Assembly (NCBI GenBank): GCA_043821645.1
Contig: JBDRCO010000031.1
Span: 1 to 64,000, forward strand
From: Pseudomonadota bacterium
GTDB lineage: Bacteria > Myxococcota > JACRCW01 > JAFGSX01
DNA length: 64,000 nucleotides
Direction of reading: 5' to 3'
A model generated the notes under the pieces. The model was not told the origin of the DNA. It ran no database searches and worked only from the letters and a program-made list of their open reading frames with translations. Every line of letters begins with the position of its first letter. Position 1 is the stretch's first letter. Below are positions 49,540-57,498 of the stretch, piece after piece. The position numbers and the translations under genes are program-made.

Positions 49540-50088
49540 TCAGGAGGGTTTGGCCGGGCTCCCGGCCCCGAGCTGGATCAGCGTGTGCCGGATCTGTTGC
49601 ACAGCCTGGGCCTGGGACGCTGCCACGGGTTCCTGGAAGCTGGCCTCGAGCAGGCGCAGCATGCGCACTGGCAATGCAGGATTCGAGGCTGCCACACGCT
49701 CCAGGGCCCACAGCACGCCCTCGAGCACCGGGCCGGTCTGAAAGCGTTCCGTCTCGCCGAGCAGGCCGATGAGCAAGGGCAACTCCTGGGCCTGGAATTC
49801 GGGCCGGTGCACCAGGATCTCCCCCACGGCCTCGGGGACTCCAAACGGCACGGCGCCGCTCTCGTCGCTGAGGAGCCACTGAAAGCCGCGTAGCAGCTCC
49901 CTCAGGACGCGCTCCGGGACCACCGCCGCATCCGCGCACAGCTCACCGATGCAGCGCACGGCGCGCCACTTCTCGGCCTCGTCGGCGCTGCACAGCCGGC
50001 CACCAAGGTAGCGCAGGATGAGCAGGGGCCTGTCGCGCAGGGCCTGCTGCAGAGACGCTCGGTCGTCCTGCTGCCATGCTCTTGCCAT
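49540..50088 (-). CDS. HEAT-repeat DVU0298-like protein
   Basis: KWRAV...W-x-L-x-DESG-x-x-x-FG-x-PEA-x-GEI. Start uncertain (50088 or 50103). Confidence 0.65.
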   Translation of the reverse strand: MARAWQQDDRASLQQALRDRPLLILRYLGGRLCSADEAEKWRAVRCIGELCADAAVVPERVLRELLRGFQWLLSDESGAVPFGVPEAVGEILVHRPEFQAQELPLLIGLLGETERFQTGPVLEGVLWALERVAASNPALPVRMLRLLEASFQEPVAASQAQAVQQIRHTLIQLGAGSPAKPS

Positions 50089-50218
50089 TTCGTTTCGTCG
50101 CATGAGCAGACTCCCGTCTCCCTCAGATCTGCGTGGGCAATCGCCGCGCGTTGTGCGCTAATAGCAAATTCGCGCTGCGGACGCACGGCGTGGGGCGGCG
50201 CTCCAGGGTGATCCATTG

Positions 50219-50860
50219 ATGAAGACCCTACCCCTGCATCTCCTCCTCGATGATCCCACAAAAATCCGCGATGTGACCCGGGTGCTCGACGAGGGGGGCC
50301 TGGTGTGCCTGCCCTGCGGAGGCACCTACCGCATCGTCGCGGACCTCACCAGCGAGACCGCAGTCAATCATCTGTTCGCGTCCAAGGGGCGCACCCAGAA
50401 GGCTCCCTCGCTGGTCTTCGTCGACAGCGAGAAGATGCTGGCGCAGGTGGTTGCCGAGGTCAGCCCGCTCAGCCAGCGCCTGGCCCGTCACCTGTGGCCA
50501 GGTCCCCTGACCATCCTGTTTCCGGCGCACCCGGATCTGCCTGCCAAGGTGGTCAAGCAGCTGGTGCGTGCCAACGGCAAGATCGGGGTCCGCATTCCCG
50601 ACGATCCCGTGGTGCGGCAGGTGCTCACCGCGTTCGGTCACCCCTTGCTGGTCTCCAGCGCCAACAAGCAGCGCAAGCAGGGCGCGGCCTCGCCAGCTCA
50701 GATCCGCAAGAACTTCGTCGGGCGGGTCGACCTCTTCGTCGAGGACGGCGACCTGGCGAGCCGGCCTGCCTCCACCGTGGTCAGCCTGGATGGTGAGCGC
50801 GTCTCGGTCACCCGCGCTGGTGCCCTGAGCGAGGAGCAGATCTCGGCAGCGGCTGGCTGA
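50219..50860 (+). CDS. TsaC/YrdC (Sua5) family protein with divergent N-terminal motif
   Basis: SKGR, WPGPLT, GVRIPD, SSAN, STVV. Confidence 0.85.
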   Translation: MKTLPLHLLLDDPTKIRDVTRVLDEGGLVCLPCGGTYRIVADLTSETAVNHLFASKGRTQKAPSLVFVDSEKMLAQVVAEVSPLSQRLARHLWPGPLTILFPAHPDLPAKVVKQLVRANGKIGVRIPDDPVVRQVLTAFGHPLLVSSANKQRKQGAASPAQIRKNFVGRVDLFVEDGDLASRPASTVVSLDGERVSVTRAGALSEEQISAAAG

Positions 50861-51781
50861 TCAGGGCGGCGGATCGTCCGTCAGCAGACCCTCGAACACG
50901 CCGAAGCAAGTGTGCGCCTTGCCGCCATGCTTGGCCTGGTACATGAGCCCGTCCGCACGCTGCAGGTAGTCGTTCACACTGGCGTGGTGTGCCGTCACGG
51001 TGAGCGCGCCCATGCTCAGGCCTAGAGGCCAGCCCTGGGCCTTGAACAGGCCCTCGAGGGCGTCGCGCAAGCGCTGCGCCGAACTGTGTGCCGCTGCCTC
51101 GGCCGTCTCAGGCAGGAGCACCACCAGCTCGTCACCGCCGATGCGCGCCACCTGGTCCAGCTGGCGAAGGGTACGACGCATCTCGTCGACCACCGCGCGC
51201 AGAGCCAGGTCGCCCTGGGCGTGGCCGTGCCGGTCGTTGAGCTGCTTGAAGTTGTCCAGATCGATGTACAGCAGGCTCCACGGCCGGTTGCTCCGGCGGC
51301 CGCGCTCGAGCTCGAGCTCCACCGCATCGAGCAGGGCGCGGCGGTTGAGTGCTCCGGTGAGCCCATCATGGGTCGCCGCCATCCGCTCCCGCTGCAGGGT
51401 CTCGCGGAGCTGTCCATAGAGCCAGGCAGCGACGCCAAAGAAAGCCAGCCGGGTCACACTGTTCCAAACCGCAATGACGGGATGGGTATACAGATGCCCG
51501 GCAGCGACGTCGAGCAGACCCCAGGTGATGGCGGCCAGGACCGCGGCCAGCAGCCCCCAGCGTCGGCCCGCGTAGTGTGCGACCGACACCACGGGGAACA
51601 GGTAGAACGGCGAGACTGCGATCTCGAAGCCCGTCACCAGGTCCAGCACGCCAACGACGGACAGCCCGATGGCGCCGAGGACCAGTGCTGCCAGCGGTGA
51701 CCGCGACGGCTGCCAGGAGGTGGCGAGCGCGGCACGCAAAGCGGCCTGGCCGTGCTCGTGAGGTGTGGGCTCCAGGCTCAT
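50861..51781 (-). CDS. Membrane-bound diguanylate cyclase (GGDEL variant)
   Basis: N-terminal TM helices, DGLTGALNRR, DLDNFKQLNDRHGH-x-x-GD, RQLD I-site, RIGGDEL. Confidence 0.9.
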   Translation of the reverse strand: MSLEPTPHEHGQAALRAALATSWQPSRSPLAALVLGAIGLSVVGVLDLVTGFEIAVSPFYLFPVVSVAHYAGRRWGLLAAVLAAITWGLLDVAAGHLYTHPVIAVWNSVTRLAFFGVAAWLYGQLRETLQRERMAATHDGLTGALNRRALLDAVELELERGRRSNRPWSLLYIDLDNFKQLNDRHGHAQGDLALRAVVDEMRRTLRQLDQVARIGGDELVVLLPETAEAAAHSSAQRLRDALEGLFKAQGWPLGLSMGALTVTAHHASVNDYLQRADGLMYQAKHGGKAHTCFGVFEGLLTDDPPP

Positions 51782-53325
51782 TGCCGCGCCAGGGACAGCC
51801 CGGAGGCCGCGTAGCTGATAGCGGGCGCCCCTGCGGCATCCATGGCCAGGTCCGGCAGTCCGCCAGCGAGGCCCACCAGGTCCACGGTCGATACACTCCA
51901 TCCCGAGACGCCCTGCCTGGCATGCTGCACGCTGTCCTCGATGCCGTTGACATAGGCAATGTGTGCCAGACCGCTGTGGTCGAGGGCCAGCGCGGGATCG
52001 TGGCCCGCCTCGCCGCTGGCGTCGACGGTCTCCACTTGCCAGCCCTGGGCCAGGTGCACCGCGTAGCGCAGGGTGACCCGTGGCGAGTCCAGGACCCGGT
52101 AGGCCAGGTGGGCACGGTCCGCCTGATCCAGGGCGAGGGAGCAGGACCATCCGGCATCGCCCTGGCCATCGACGTCCTCGAACTGCCACGCGCCACCGCT
52201 GCGTATCCCGGCGCGCAGCACCTTGCGGGTGACATCGTGGTAGCAGATGTGGATCCGCTGCTGCCCGTCCACCGCGATATCTGGCTGACCTGCCACGGTG
52301 GTCGCGCTGTCCACGGCCTCGTAGCTCCAGCCCGCAGGCTCTTGCCAGGCGTGCTTGAGCCGCTGTGCCACCGCATCCTGATACAGCACATGCAGGCGCC
52401 CGTCCGAGGCTGCGGCCAGGGCGAGGTAAGAACCCACGTCGCCAGTGGCGTCGACGGTCTCGACGCTCCACACGCCACCTGCCCGGTGCGCCACGCGCAG
52501 GTCGTAGTTCGAGGCATCGTAGTAGGCGATGTGCGGGTCGCCGGCCGGATCCAGGACCAGGCTGGCGTAGCGGCCCACGCTGGCGCTGCTGTCGACGGTG
52601 CTCAGTTGCCAGACCAGCCCGATCCGGGTGGCGTGGCGCAGGGCATGCCCCGCCTCGTCGTGGTAGGCGATGTGGGGTACACCCTGGTCGTCGAACGCCA
52701 GGCTGCTGTACAGGCCGACCTGGCCAGCCTCGACACGCTCGATGGACCAGGCGCAGCAGGCCTCGGCACAGGGGTAGTAGCCGGCGTTGCACACGAAACC
52801 GCAGCTGCCATCCACGCAGGTGGCCGTGCCAGAGCTCACCTCGGCGCAGGGCGCACAGCGGTCGCCGCAGGAACTCGGCAGGTCGTCGCGCACGCAGGCG
52901 TCGGTGCACAGGTGGTAGTCAGGATTGCACTGCACGCCGCAGCGCACGCCATCGCAGGTGCTCTGGCCATTGGGATCGACCGCGCAGGGTGTGCAGCGAT
53001 CACCGCAGTTCTGCACCGCGCTGCGGTCCACGCACTGGCCGTCGCAGTCGTGAAAAGCGACGTCACAGCCGCACACATGCAGCGCGGGATCGCAGCTCGC
53101 ATGTTCCCCGCAGTCGCCGCTGTGCGCGCAGTAGCCCTCGGGTGGGCAGTCGCAGACCTCCCAGCGTCGCCCGTCGTCGGCGCAGCGCTGCACCCCGGCC
53201 ACGCGCCCCGTGCACACGCAGCTCTGGGTCGTGCCCGGGTCGCAGATGGGCTCATCCGAGGGATCGGGCAAGCACGCCGCCGCGAGCGCGAGGCTTGCCC
53301 AGGTCAGGACCATCCGGATTCGCAT
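51778..53325 (-). CDS. Cys-rich lipoprotein with C-terminal beta-propeller-like repeats
   Basis: LAAAC lipobox, repeated NCG-x-RC-x-x-C units, and repeats of 'W-x-x-ETVD-x-x-G-x-VG-x-x-x-SLA-x-D-x-x-G-x-PHIAY'. Confidence 0.8.
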   Translation of the reverse strand: MRIRMVLTWASLALAAACLPDPSDEPICDPGTTQSCVCTGRVAGVQRCADDGRRWEVCDCPPEGYCAHSGDCGEHASCDPALHVCGCDVAFHDCDGQCVDRSAVQNCGDRCTPCAVDPNGQSTCDGVRCGVQCNPDYHLCTDACVRDDLPSSCGDRCAPCAEVSSGTATCVDGSCGFVCNAGYYPCAEACCAWSIERVEAGQVGLYSSLAFDDQGVPHIAYHDEAGHALRHATRIGLVWQLSTVDSSASVGRYASLVLDPAGDPHIAYYDASNYDLRVAHRAGGVWSVETVDATGDVGSYLALAAASDGRLHVLYQDAVAQRLKHAWQEPAGWSYEAVDSATTVAGQPDIAVDGQQRIHICYHDVTRKVLRAGIRSGGAWQFEDVDGQGDAGWSCSLALDQADRAHLAYRVLDSPRVTLRYAVHLAQGWQVETVDASGEAGHDPALALDHSGLAHIAYVNGIEDSVQHARQGVSGWSVSTVDLVGLAGGLPDLAMDAAGAPAISYAASGLSLARQ

Positions 53326-53460
53326 GTGGGCTCCTGCACGGACGCGACCTCGACGCTAGCACGTTCTGCGCGGCGCGATCCCGCTCCAGGAGGCAGGGCA
53401 GGTCCTGTGCGCTATGCTGCCCGGACGGTCCGGATCCCGGTGGATACGGCGGAGCCCGCC

Positions 53461-54387
53461 ATGATCCTGTGCGTGACCCTGCATACCAGCGTCGACCAGG
53501 CGCGCTGGGCGGCTTCCGCCGGGTTCCATCAGCCCACCTCTGACCTCATCGGCGAACGTGTCGCCGGCAAGGGTGTCAACCTGGCGCGGGTGCTGGCGAC
53601 CCTGGGCTGTCCGGTGCGGGCCCTGGGCATGGTCGGGCAGCAGGATCGCGCGCGCTTCGAGACCGAGCTGGCGGCTCAGGGCATTGCGTCGGCCTGGGTC
53701 GAGGTCGCCGGACCCACGCGGCGAAACCTGACCACGCTGGACCCCTCGCTCGGCCTCGAGAGCCACGAGCGTCGGCCTGGCTTCACGGTGGGGCACGAGC
53801 AGGTCGAGGCCATGGCCCGGCTGCTCGAGGCGGAGGTTAGCGCCGGTGACCTGGTGGTGTTCGCAGGCAGCCTGCCTGACGGGGTGTCTGGTGCGCAGGC
53901 CATGGTGCTGGCTCGGATCTGCCAGCGCCGTGGCGCCGAGATCGCCCTGGACTCGGGTGGCGAGGTGCTGCGCCTCGGCCTTGACCTCGCACCCCTGCTC
54001 ATCGCACCCAATCAGACCGAGCTGTTCGAACTCACCGGTGAGGCACGCGATGCCCCGCTGGAGGTGGCCCGTCAGGGCGCCACGCTGCTGCCCTCGGTGC
54101 GCCAGGTCATCGTCACCCTGGGGCCAGACGGGGCCCTGCTCATGGACGCGACCGCAGCCTGGCATGCGCGCGTGCACGTCGACCGCCCGGTGAGTTCGGT
54201 GGGTTGCGGCGATGCTCTGCTGGCGGGTTTCCTCGACGCCAGGCGGCAGCACAGGAGTCCTGCCGAGTGCCTGTGCCGCGGTGTGGCCTGTGGCGCGGCC
54301 GCAGCGATGCAAGCGCTCGCCGGGGACCTTGAGCTCGATGACGTCGAGACCCTGCAGCAGCGGATGGAGCTCGCGGCCCTGTGGTGA
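53461..54387 (+). CDS. PfkB-family kinase (1-phosphofructokinase-like)
   Basis: GKGVNLA, TRRN, GSLP, PN-x-x-EL, VTLG-x-x-GA, SVGCGD. Confidence 0.88.
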   Translation: MILCVTLHTSVDQARWAASAGFHQPTSDLIGERVAGKGVNLARVLATLGCPVRALGMVGQQDRARFETELAAQGIASAWVEVAGPTRRNLTTLDPSLGLESHERRPGFTVGHEQVEAMARLLEAEVSAGDLVVFAGSLPDGVSGAQAMVLARICQRRGAEIALDSGGEVLRLGLDLAPLLIAPNQTELFELTGEARDAPLEVARQGATLLPSVRQVIVTLGPDGALLMDATAAWHARVHVDRPVSSVGCGDALLAGFLDARRQHRSPAECLCRGVACGAAAAMQALAGDLELDDVETLQQRMELAALW

Positions 54388-54487
54388 AGAGCTGGCTACC
54401 TTCACAGCGGGTAGCGTGGCGCGACGGGTTCATCGGGTGCCTGCGCCGTGTTAGGGTGCCGGGTCACGCTGCTTTGCGAGGTGCTGC

Positions 54488-55540
54488 ATGGTTTACTCGG
54501 ACAAGGAACAGGTGCAGGAGGGAAGCCTGCTTCCCACCGCCCCCCTGCTCGAGGAAGCCGAGCGCCTCAAGAGTCTGGCGCACCGTCATGAGCTGGAGCT
54601 CAGCCGTGAGGGGCTGACCCAGCGCGACCTGGCCACCTACGACAAGGCGCGCGACCAGGCCCAGCGTGAGGCGCAGCGCCTCGAGGATCCGCCGACCAAG
54701 CCCAAACCCCTGGACAAGGACATGGCGGCCGTGGTCGACCGCGCCTTGCGCTGGCGGGCCAGGCTGATCCACCGCGCCGAGCGCCTGCACACCGACGACC
54801 GCCCGGGTCGGCTCAAGTACCGCCGCGGTCTGTTGCTGCACAACCTTCCGGATCGCGTGTACGAGGAAGTCAGCCTGCTGCTCGAGATCGCCAAGGTGGA
54901 TCTGCCGCGCTTCGAGCGGGCGCAGCTGCTGGATCAGGCCTTCATCGATGCGGGAGAGGATCTGCGCTACGAGCTCATGGGCTACCCCAAGCCCGACCGC
55001 GAGGCCTGGGTCAAGTACGAGCAGGCCAAGCGCACGCGCCGCTGGGGACCGCCACCGGAGCCACCTCCCGCGCTGCCCAAGCTGCCCGAGGTGATGGACA
55101 ACGCCGCCACCGTGGCCGCCATGCGCGGGCTTCTGTACAGCTACATGCGGCGCATCGCCGCCGCCGGCCAGGCCGCCTTCACGGTACTTGAAGGTCGCGA
55201 GCCCCGCGGTCATGCGGCCATCCGGCAGGAGTTCGTGTTGCGTGTGCGACCCGCCGAGTACGACGCCACCATGCTCCACATCCTCGTCGAGGCCGAGGGA
55301 CCCGCTCGCCGAGGCGTCAAGCAGGGCAGCACCGCGGCCGCCGCGCCCGATCCGTCGCCACACCAGCTCGCCCCGGAGCCACAGGCTGCGCCAGAGCCAG
55401 CACCAGCACGCAAGGAGCCTGCGCCGAGGCGCCTGGTCAACCCCGGTGGTGCGCCACCCGAGATCGGCGACACGCTCAAGCCACCGCCGCCCGGCGCCTA
55501 CGGGTTGATCCGCCCCAGCACCACGCGCGGGCGCAAGTGA
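54488..55540 (+). CDS. Hypothetical helical protein with Pro-rich C-terminus
   Basis: Long ORF with genome-typical codon usage and no recognised motif. Confidence 0.65.
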   Translation: MVYSDKEQVQEGSLLPTAPLLEEAERLKSLAHRHELELSREGLTQRDLATYDKARDQAQREAQRLEDPPTKPKPLDKDMAAVVDRALRWRARLIHRAERLHTDDRPGRLKYRRGLLLHNLPDRVYEEVSLLLEIAKVDLPRFERAQLLDQAFIDAGEDLRYELMGYPKPDREAWVKYEQAKRTRRWGPPPEPPPALPKLPEVMDNAATVAAMRGLLYSYMRRIAAAGQAAFTVLEGREPRGHAAIRQEFVLRVRPAEYDATMLHILVEAEGPARRGVKQGSTAAAAPDPSPHQLAPEPQAAPEPAPARKEPAPRRLVNPGGAPPEIGDTLKPPPPGAYGLIRPSTTRGRK

Positions 55541-55559
55541 GCTCGGGCTCGCGTCAGGT

Positions 55560-56627
55560 CTAGCGGATCTCCAGGTGCAGATGATCGGCGTGAGCCTCGT
55601 TGCTGGCGGGGGTCAGCACCACGTCGAACAATCTGGCTTCCCGGATCCGCTGCACCAGCTGTCGCAAGAAGGCCTGGCGTTCTGCGGTGCCTGTCCAGTC
55701 GCGCTGCACCTCGATCGCCGCACCCTCGCTGCGCTCGAAGCCCACCACATCGATGGCCAGACCACGGCCGTGGCCGCTGAGGGAACGCGTGCCCGCGATG
55801 CTGCGGCAGTTGAAGGTGCCCACGTGTTGCACCTCGACCACGCCGGCCTCGGCCAGCAGCGCCGCCAGCCTGTCGAGCACAGGAGCAAAGCGGCAGGCGA
55901 CCAGCAAATGTTCGGCAAAACGTTGCCCGGCCTCGCGAAAGTCCACACCGTGCAGGGGGCTCGCCAGCAGCACAGGGGTATCGACCTGGCAATGCGTGCT
56001 GATGGGCAGCGGATCCCCCTCCCGGGCCGCCCTCGCCAGCGAGTCCTCCAGGTCGGGCCGGCTGTACTGCAGGCCCATCCTGTCCAGCTCCTGCGTGCAC
56101 TCGGTGGCGGGAGGCTGCGTGCCGAGGTCTGGCAAGCACACCAGGCGGGTCAGGTTGTCGCGCAGCCTGAGCACCGTGGCGCAGGCATAGCCGGGCCGGC
56201 AGCCACTGGTGGTGAGGTGCAGGTTGCAGCGCGCCACGCACACGCCGTGCTGTGAGAAGCTGGGGTCTTCCATGCAGAAGGTCTGTGAGTACAGATCCCC
56301 CACACGGTCCGGACAGGTGTGCTGGCAGGGCAGGGTGCAATGTCCTCCCGGAAACCCCTCTTCGGGCAGCAGGCAAAAGCCGCCTTCGAAGATGCAGTCA
56401 GCATCATGCTGGCAGGGGGAGCCCACCCAGCCCGGATTGAAGCTCAGATCCGCAGCCGCGGGACCCAGGTCTGCCACCGTGGCATCTTCAGGCGTGGCCA
56501 CGGCAGCATCGGGCTGGCTGGCGAGATGGGCTTGCTGTCCGGCCGACGAGGCCCAGAGCGCAAAGGCCCCAAGCGCGATCAGCACGGGGACAAGGGTCAC
56601 TGCCGTGAGTCGCGGCCTCGCTTCCAT
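55560..56627 (-). CDS. Extensin-like C-terminal (M15/LAS peptidase-like) protein with N-terminal anchor and Cys-rich domain
   Basis: GTFNCR...LSGHGRGLAIDV...TP-x-x-N-x-x-HADHLHL, plus an N-terminal TM and a Cys-rich PGGHCT-x-x-C module. Confidence 0.8.
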   Translation of the reverse strand: MEARPRLTAVTLVPVLIALGAFALWASSAGQQAHLASQPDAAVATPEDATVADLGPAAADLSFNPGWVGSPCQHDADCIFEGGFCLLPEEGFPGGHCTLPCQHTCPDRVGDLYSQTFCMEDPSFSQHGVCVARCNLHLTTSGCRPGYACATVLRLRDNLTRLVCLPDLGTQPPATECTQELDRMGLQYSRPDLEDSLARAAREGDPLPISTHCQVDTPVLLASPLHGVDFREAGQRFAEHLLVACRFAPVLDRLAALLAEAGVVEVQHVGTFNCRSIAGTRSLSGHGRGLAIDVVGFERSEGAAIEVQRDWTGTAERQAFLRQLVQRIREARLFDVVLTPASNEAHADHLHLEIR

Positions 56628-56685
56628 GCGCACCTCACATCCTGACTCGCCGAGTCTATGCCACAGGGTGAGGTCTGCGAGGGGC

Positions 56686-56711
56686 AAAAAAAAACCGCGG
56701 CGAACCGCGGT
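56686..56711 (-). terminator. Rho-independent terminator
   Basis: Minus strand ACCGCGG-TTCG-CCGCGGT running into a T9 tract. Confidence 0.88.
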
Positions 56712-56781
56712 GATAAAAAGAATAAAGGGGCAAGGAACGGCTGGACCGGGGGGGGGAGTCCGCACCGAACCGCTGCCCCAC
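56686..56781 (-). ncRNA. Candidate sigma54-dependent small RNA (about 96 nt) with C9 apical loop, Pxr-like context
   Basis: Bounded by a sigma54 promoter and an intrinsic terminator. Folds GGGGCA/TGCCCC, GCGGTT/AGCCGT, GGACT/GGTCC around CCCCCCCCC. Confidence 0.75.
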
Positions 56782-56792
56782 CCCACCTAAGA

Positions 56793-56807
56793 GCAGTATC
56801 CATGCCA
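56793..56807 (-). promoter_or_regulatory. sigma54 -24/-12 promoter
   Basis: Minus strand TGGCATGGATACTGC with exact GG-N10-GC spacing. It predicts +1 near 56781. Confidence 0.78.
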
Positions 56808-56899
56808 GGACGATGGAATAAAAAAAATGCTTATTATTCAATAGCCATTCAGAATCGACGGCAGCTGGGCTGCGGTATAGTTGTGGCGGATACACCACT

Positions 56900-56920
56900 G
56901 TTTCTGATGTGATCAGTAAC
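56900..56920. promoter_or_regulatory. Candidate enhancer (UAS) palindrome
   Basis: GTTTCTGAT-GTG-ATCAGTAAC has 8/9 arm symmetry and lies about 120-140 nt upstream of the predicted +1. Confidence 0.45.
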
Positions 56921-57000
56921 TATTTGTAATCGCTAATAAATAAGTATGTCGTAAATACCACGCAAAGAGGCAAGTTTACCTCATTTGATAACACTATGTA

Positions 57001-57486
57001 TTATTTGGATAAATCGATGAGATTGCGAATGCTTGCGCTCAGATCGTCCGGTGTTGCCGAGTCCGCCACCCAGGCCACGCGTTCGTCACCCCGTGCCACA
57101 GTCGTCCATCGGTCAAGTTCCCTTGAAAAATCATAGGAGATCAGGATGGGCACCGCCACCAGGCCCGCCTGCCGGATGGCGCGGTAAATATACAGGCCCT
57201 GATTTTTTTCTAAAAAAGACCATGCTTCATCAAGTGTTGCAGCATATCCATCAAGAACCTCTTGCGGGTCTCCCAGCAGCAGTTGACGAGCTGTTCGGTC
57301 AAAGCGCATGTCCAGAAAGACCAGCTGGGTAGGAGGTTTTAACTGCAGTATCCTCAAGGCCGTTGCTCCATCGTGGGCCTGTTGGATCTGCAACCCAGGT
57401 AAAAAAGCCACGAAGTTCTCGAAGTACTCATTTCCATCTTCGACGATCAGTAAACTGGCGTTGAGTTCGTTTTTTTGGGGTATCAT
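57001..57486 (-). CDS. Stand-alone atypical receiver (REC) protein
   Basis: LLIVED, AHDGATAL, VFLDMRFD, internal insertion, VPILIS. No obvious conserved Lys-Pro. Confidence 0.8.
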   Translation of the reverse strand: MIPQKNELNASLLIVEDGNEYFENFVAFLPGLQIQQAHDGATALRILQLKPPTQLVFLDMRFDRTARQLLLGDPQEVLDGYAATLDEAWSFLEKNQGLYIYRAIRQAGLVAVPILISYDFSRELDRWTTVARGDERVAWVADSATPDDLSASIRNLIDLSK

Positions 57487-57498
57487 CTTGGGGTGTAT

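Noticed and set aside
51577-53460. Long N-terminal extensions on the PfkB and GGDEF ORFs
   Set aside because: Shadow or alternate frames of the Cys-rich lipoprotein gene, typical of high-GC DNA.
56597-56912. Short ORFs (68-84 aa) across the sRNA region
   Set aside because: They run through homopolymer tracts and the terminator, with atypical codon usage and no protein-like motifs.
56929-57015. Possible dif (XerC/XerD) site or DnaA boxes in the AT-rich core
   Set aside because: The best alignment gave only about 7/11 in the XerD arm or a wrong spacer length. No TTATCCACA boxes were found, and KOPS-like octamers occur in both orientations.
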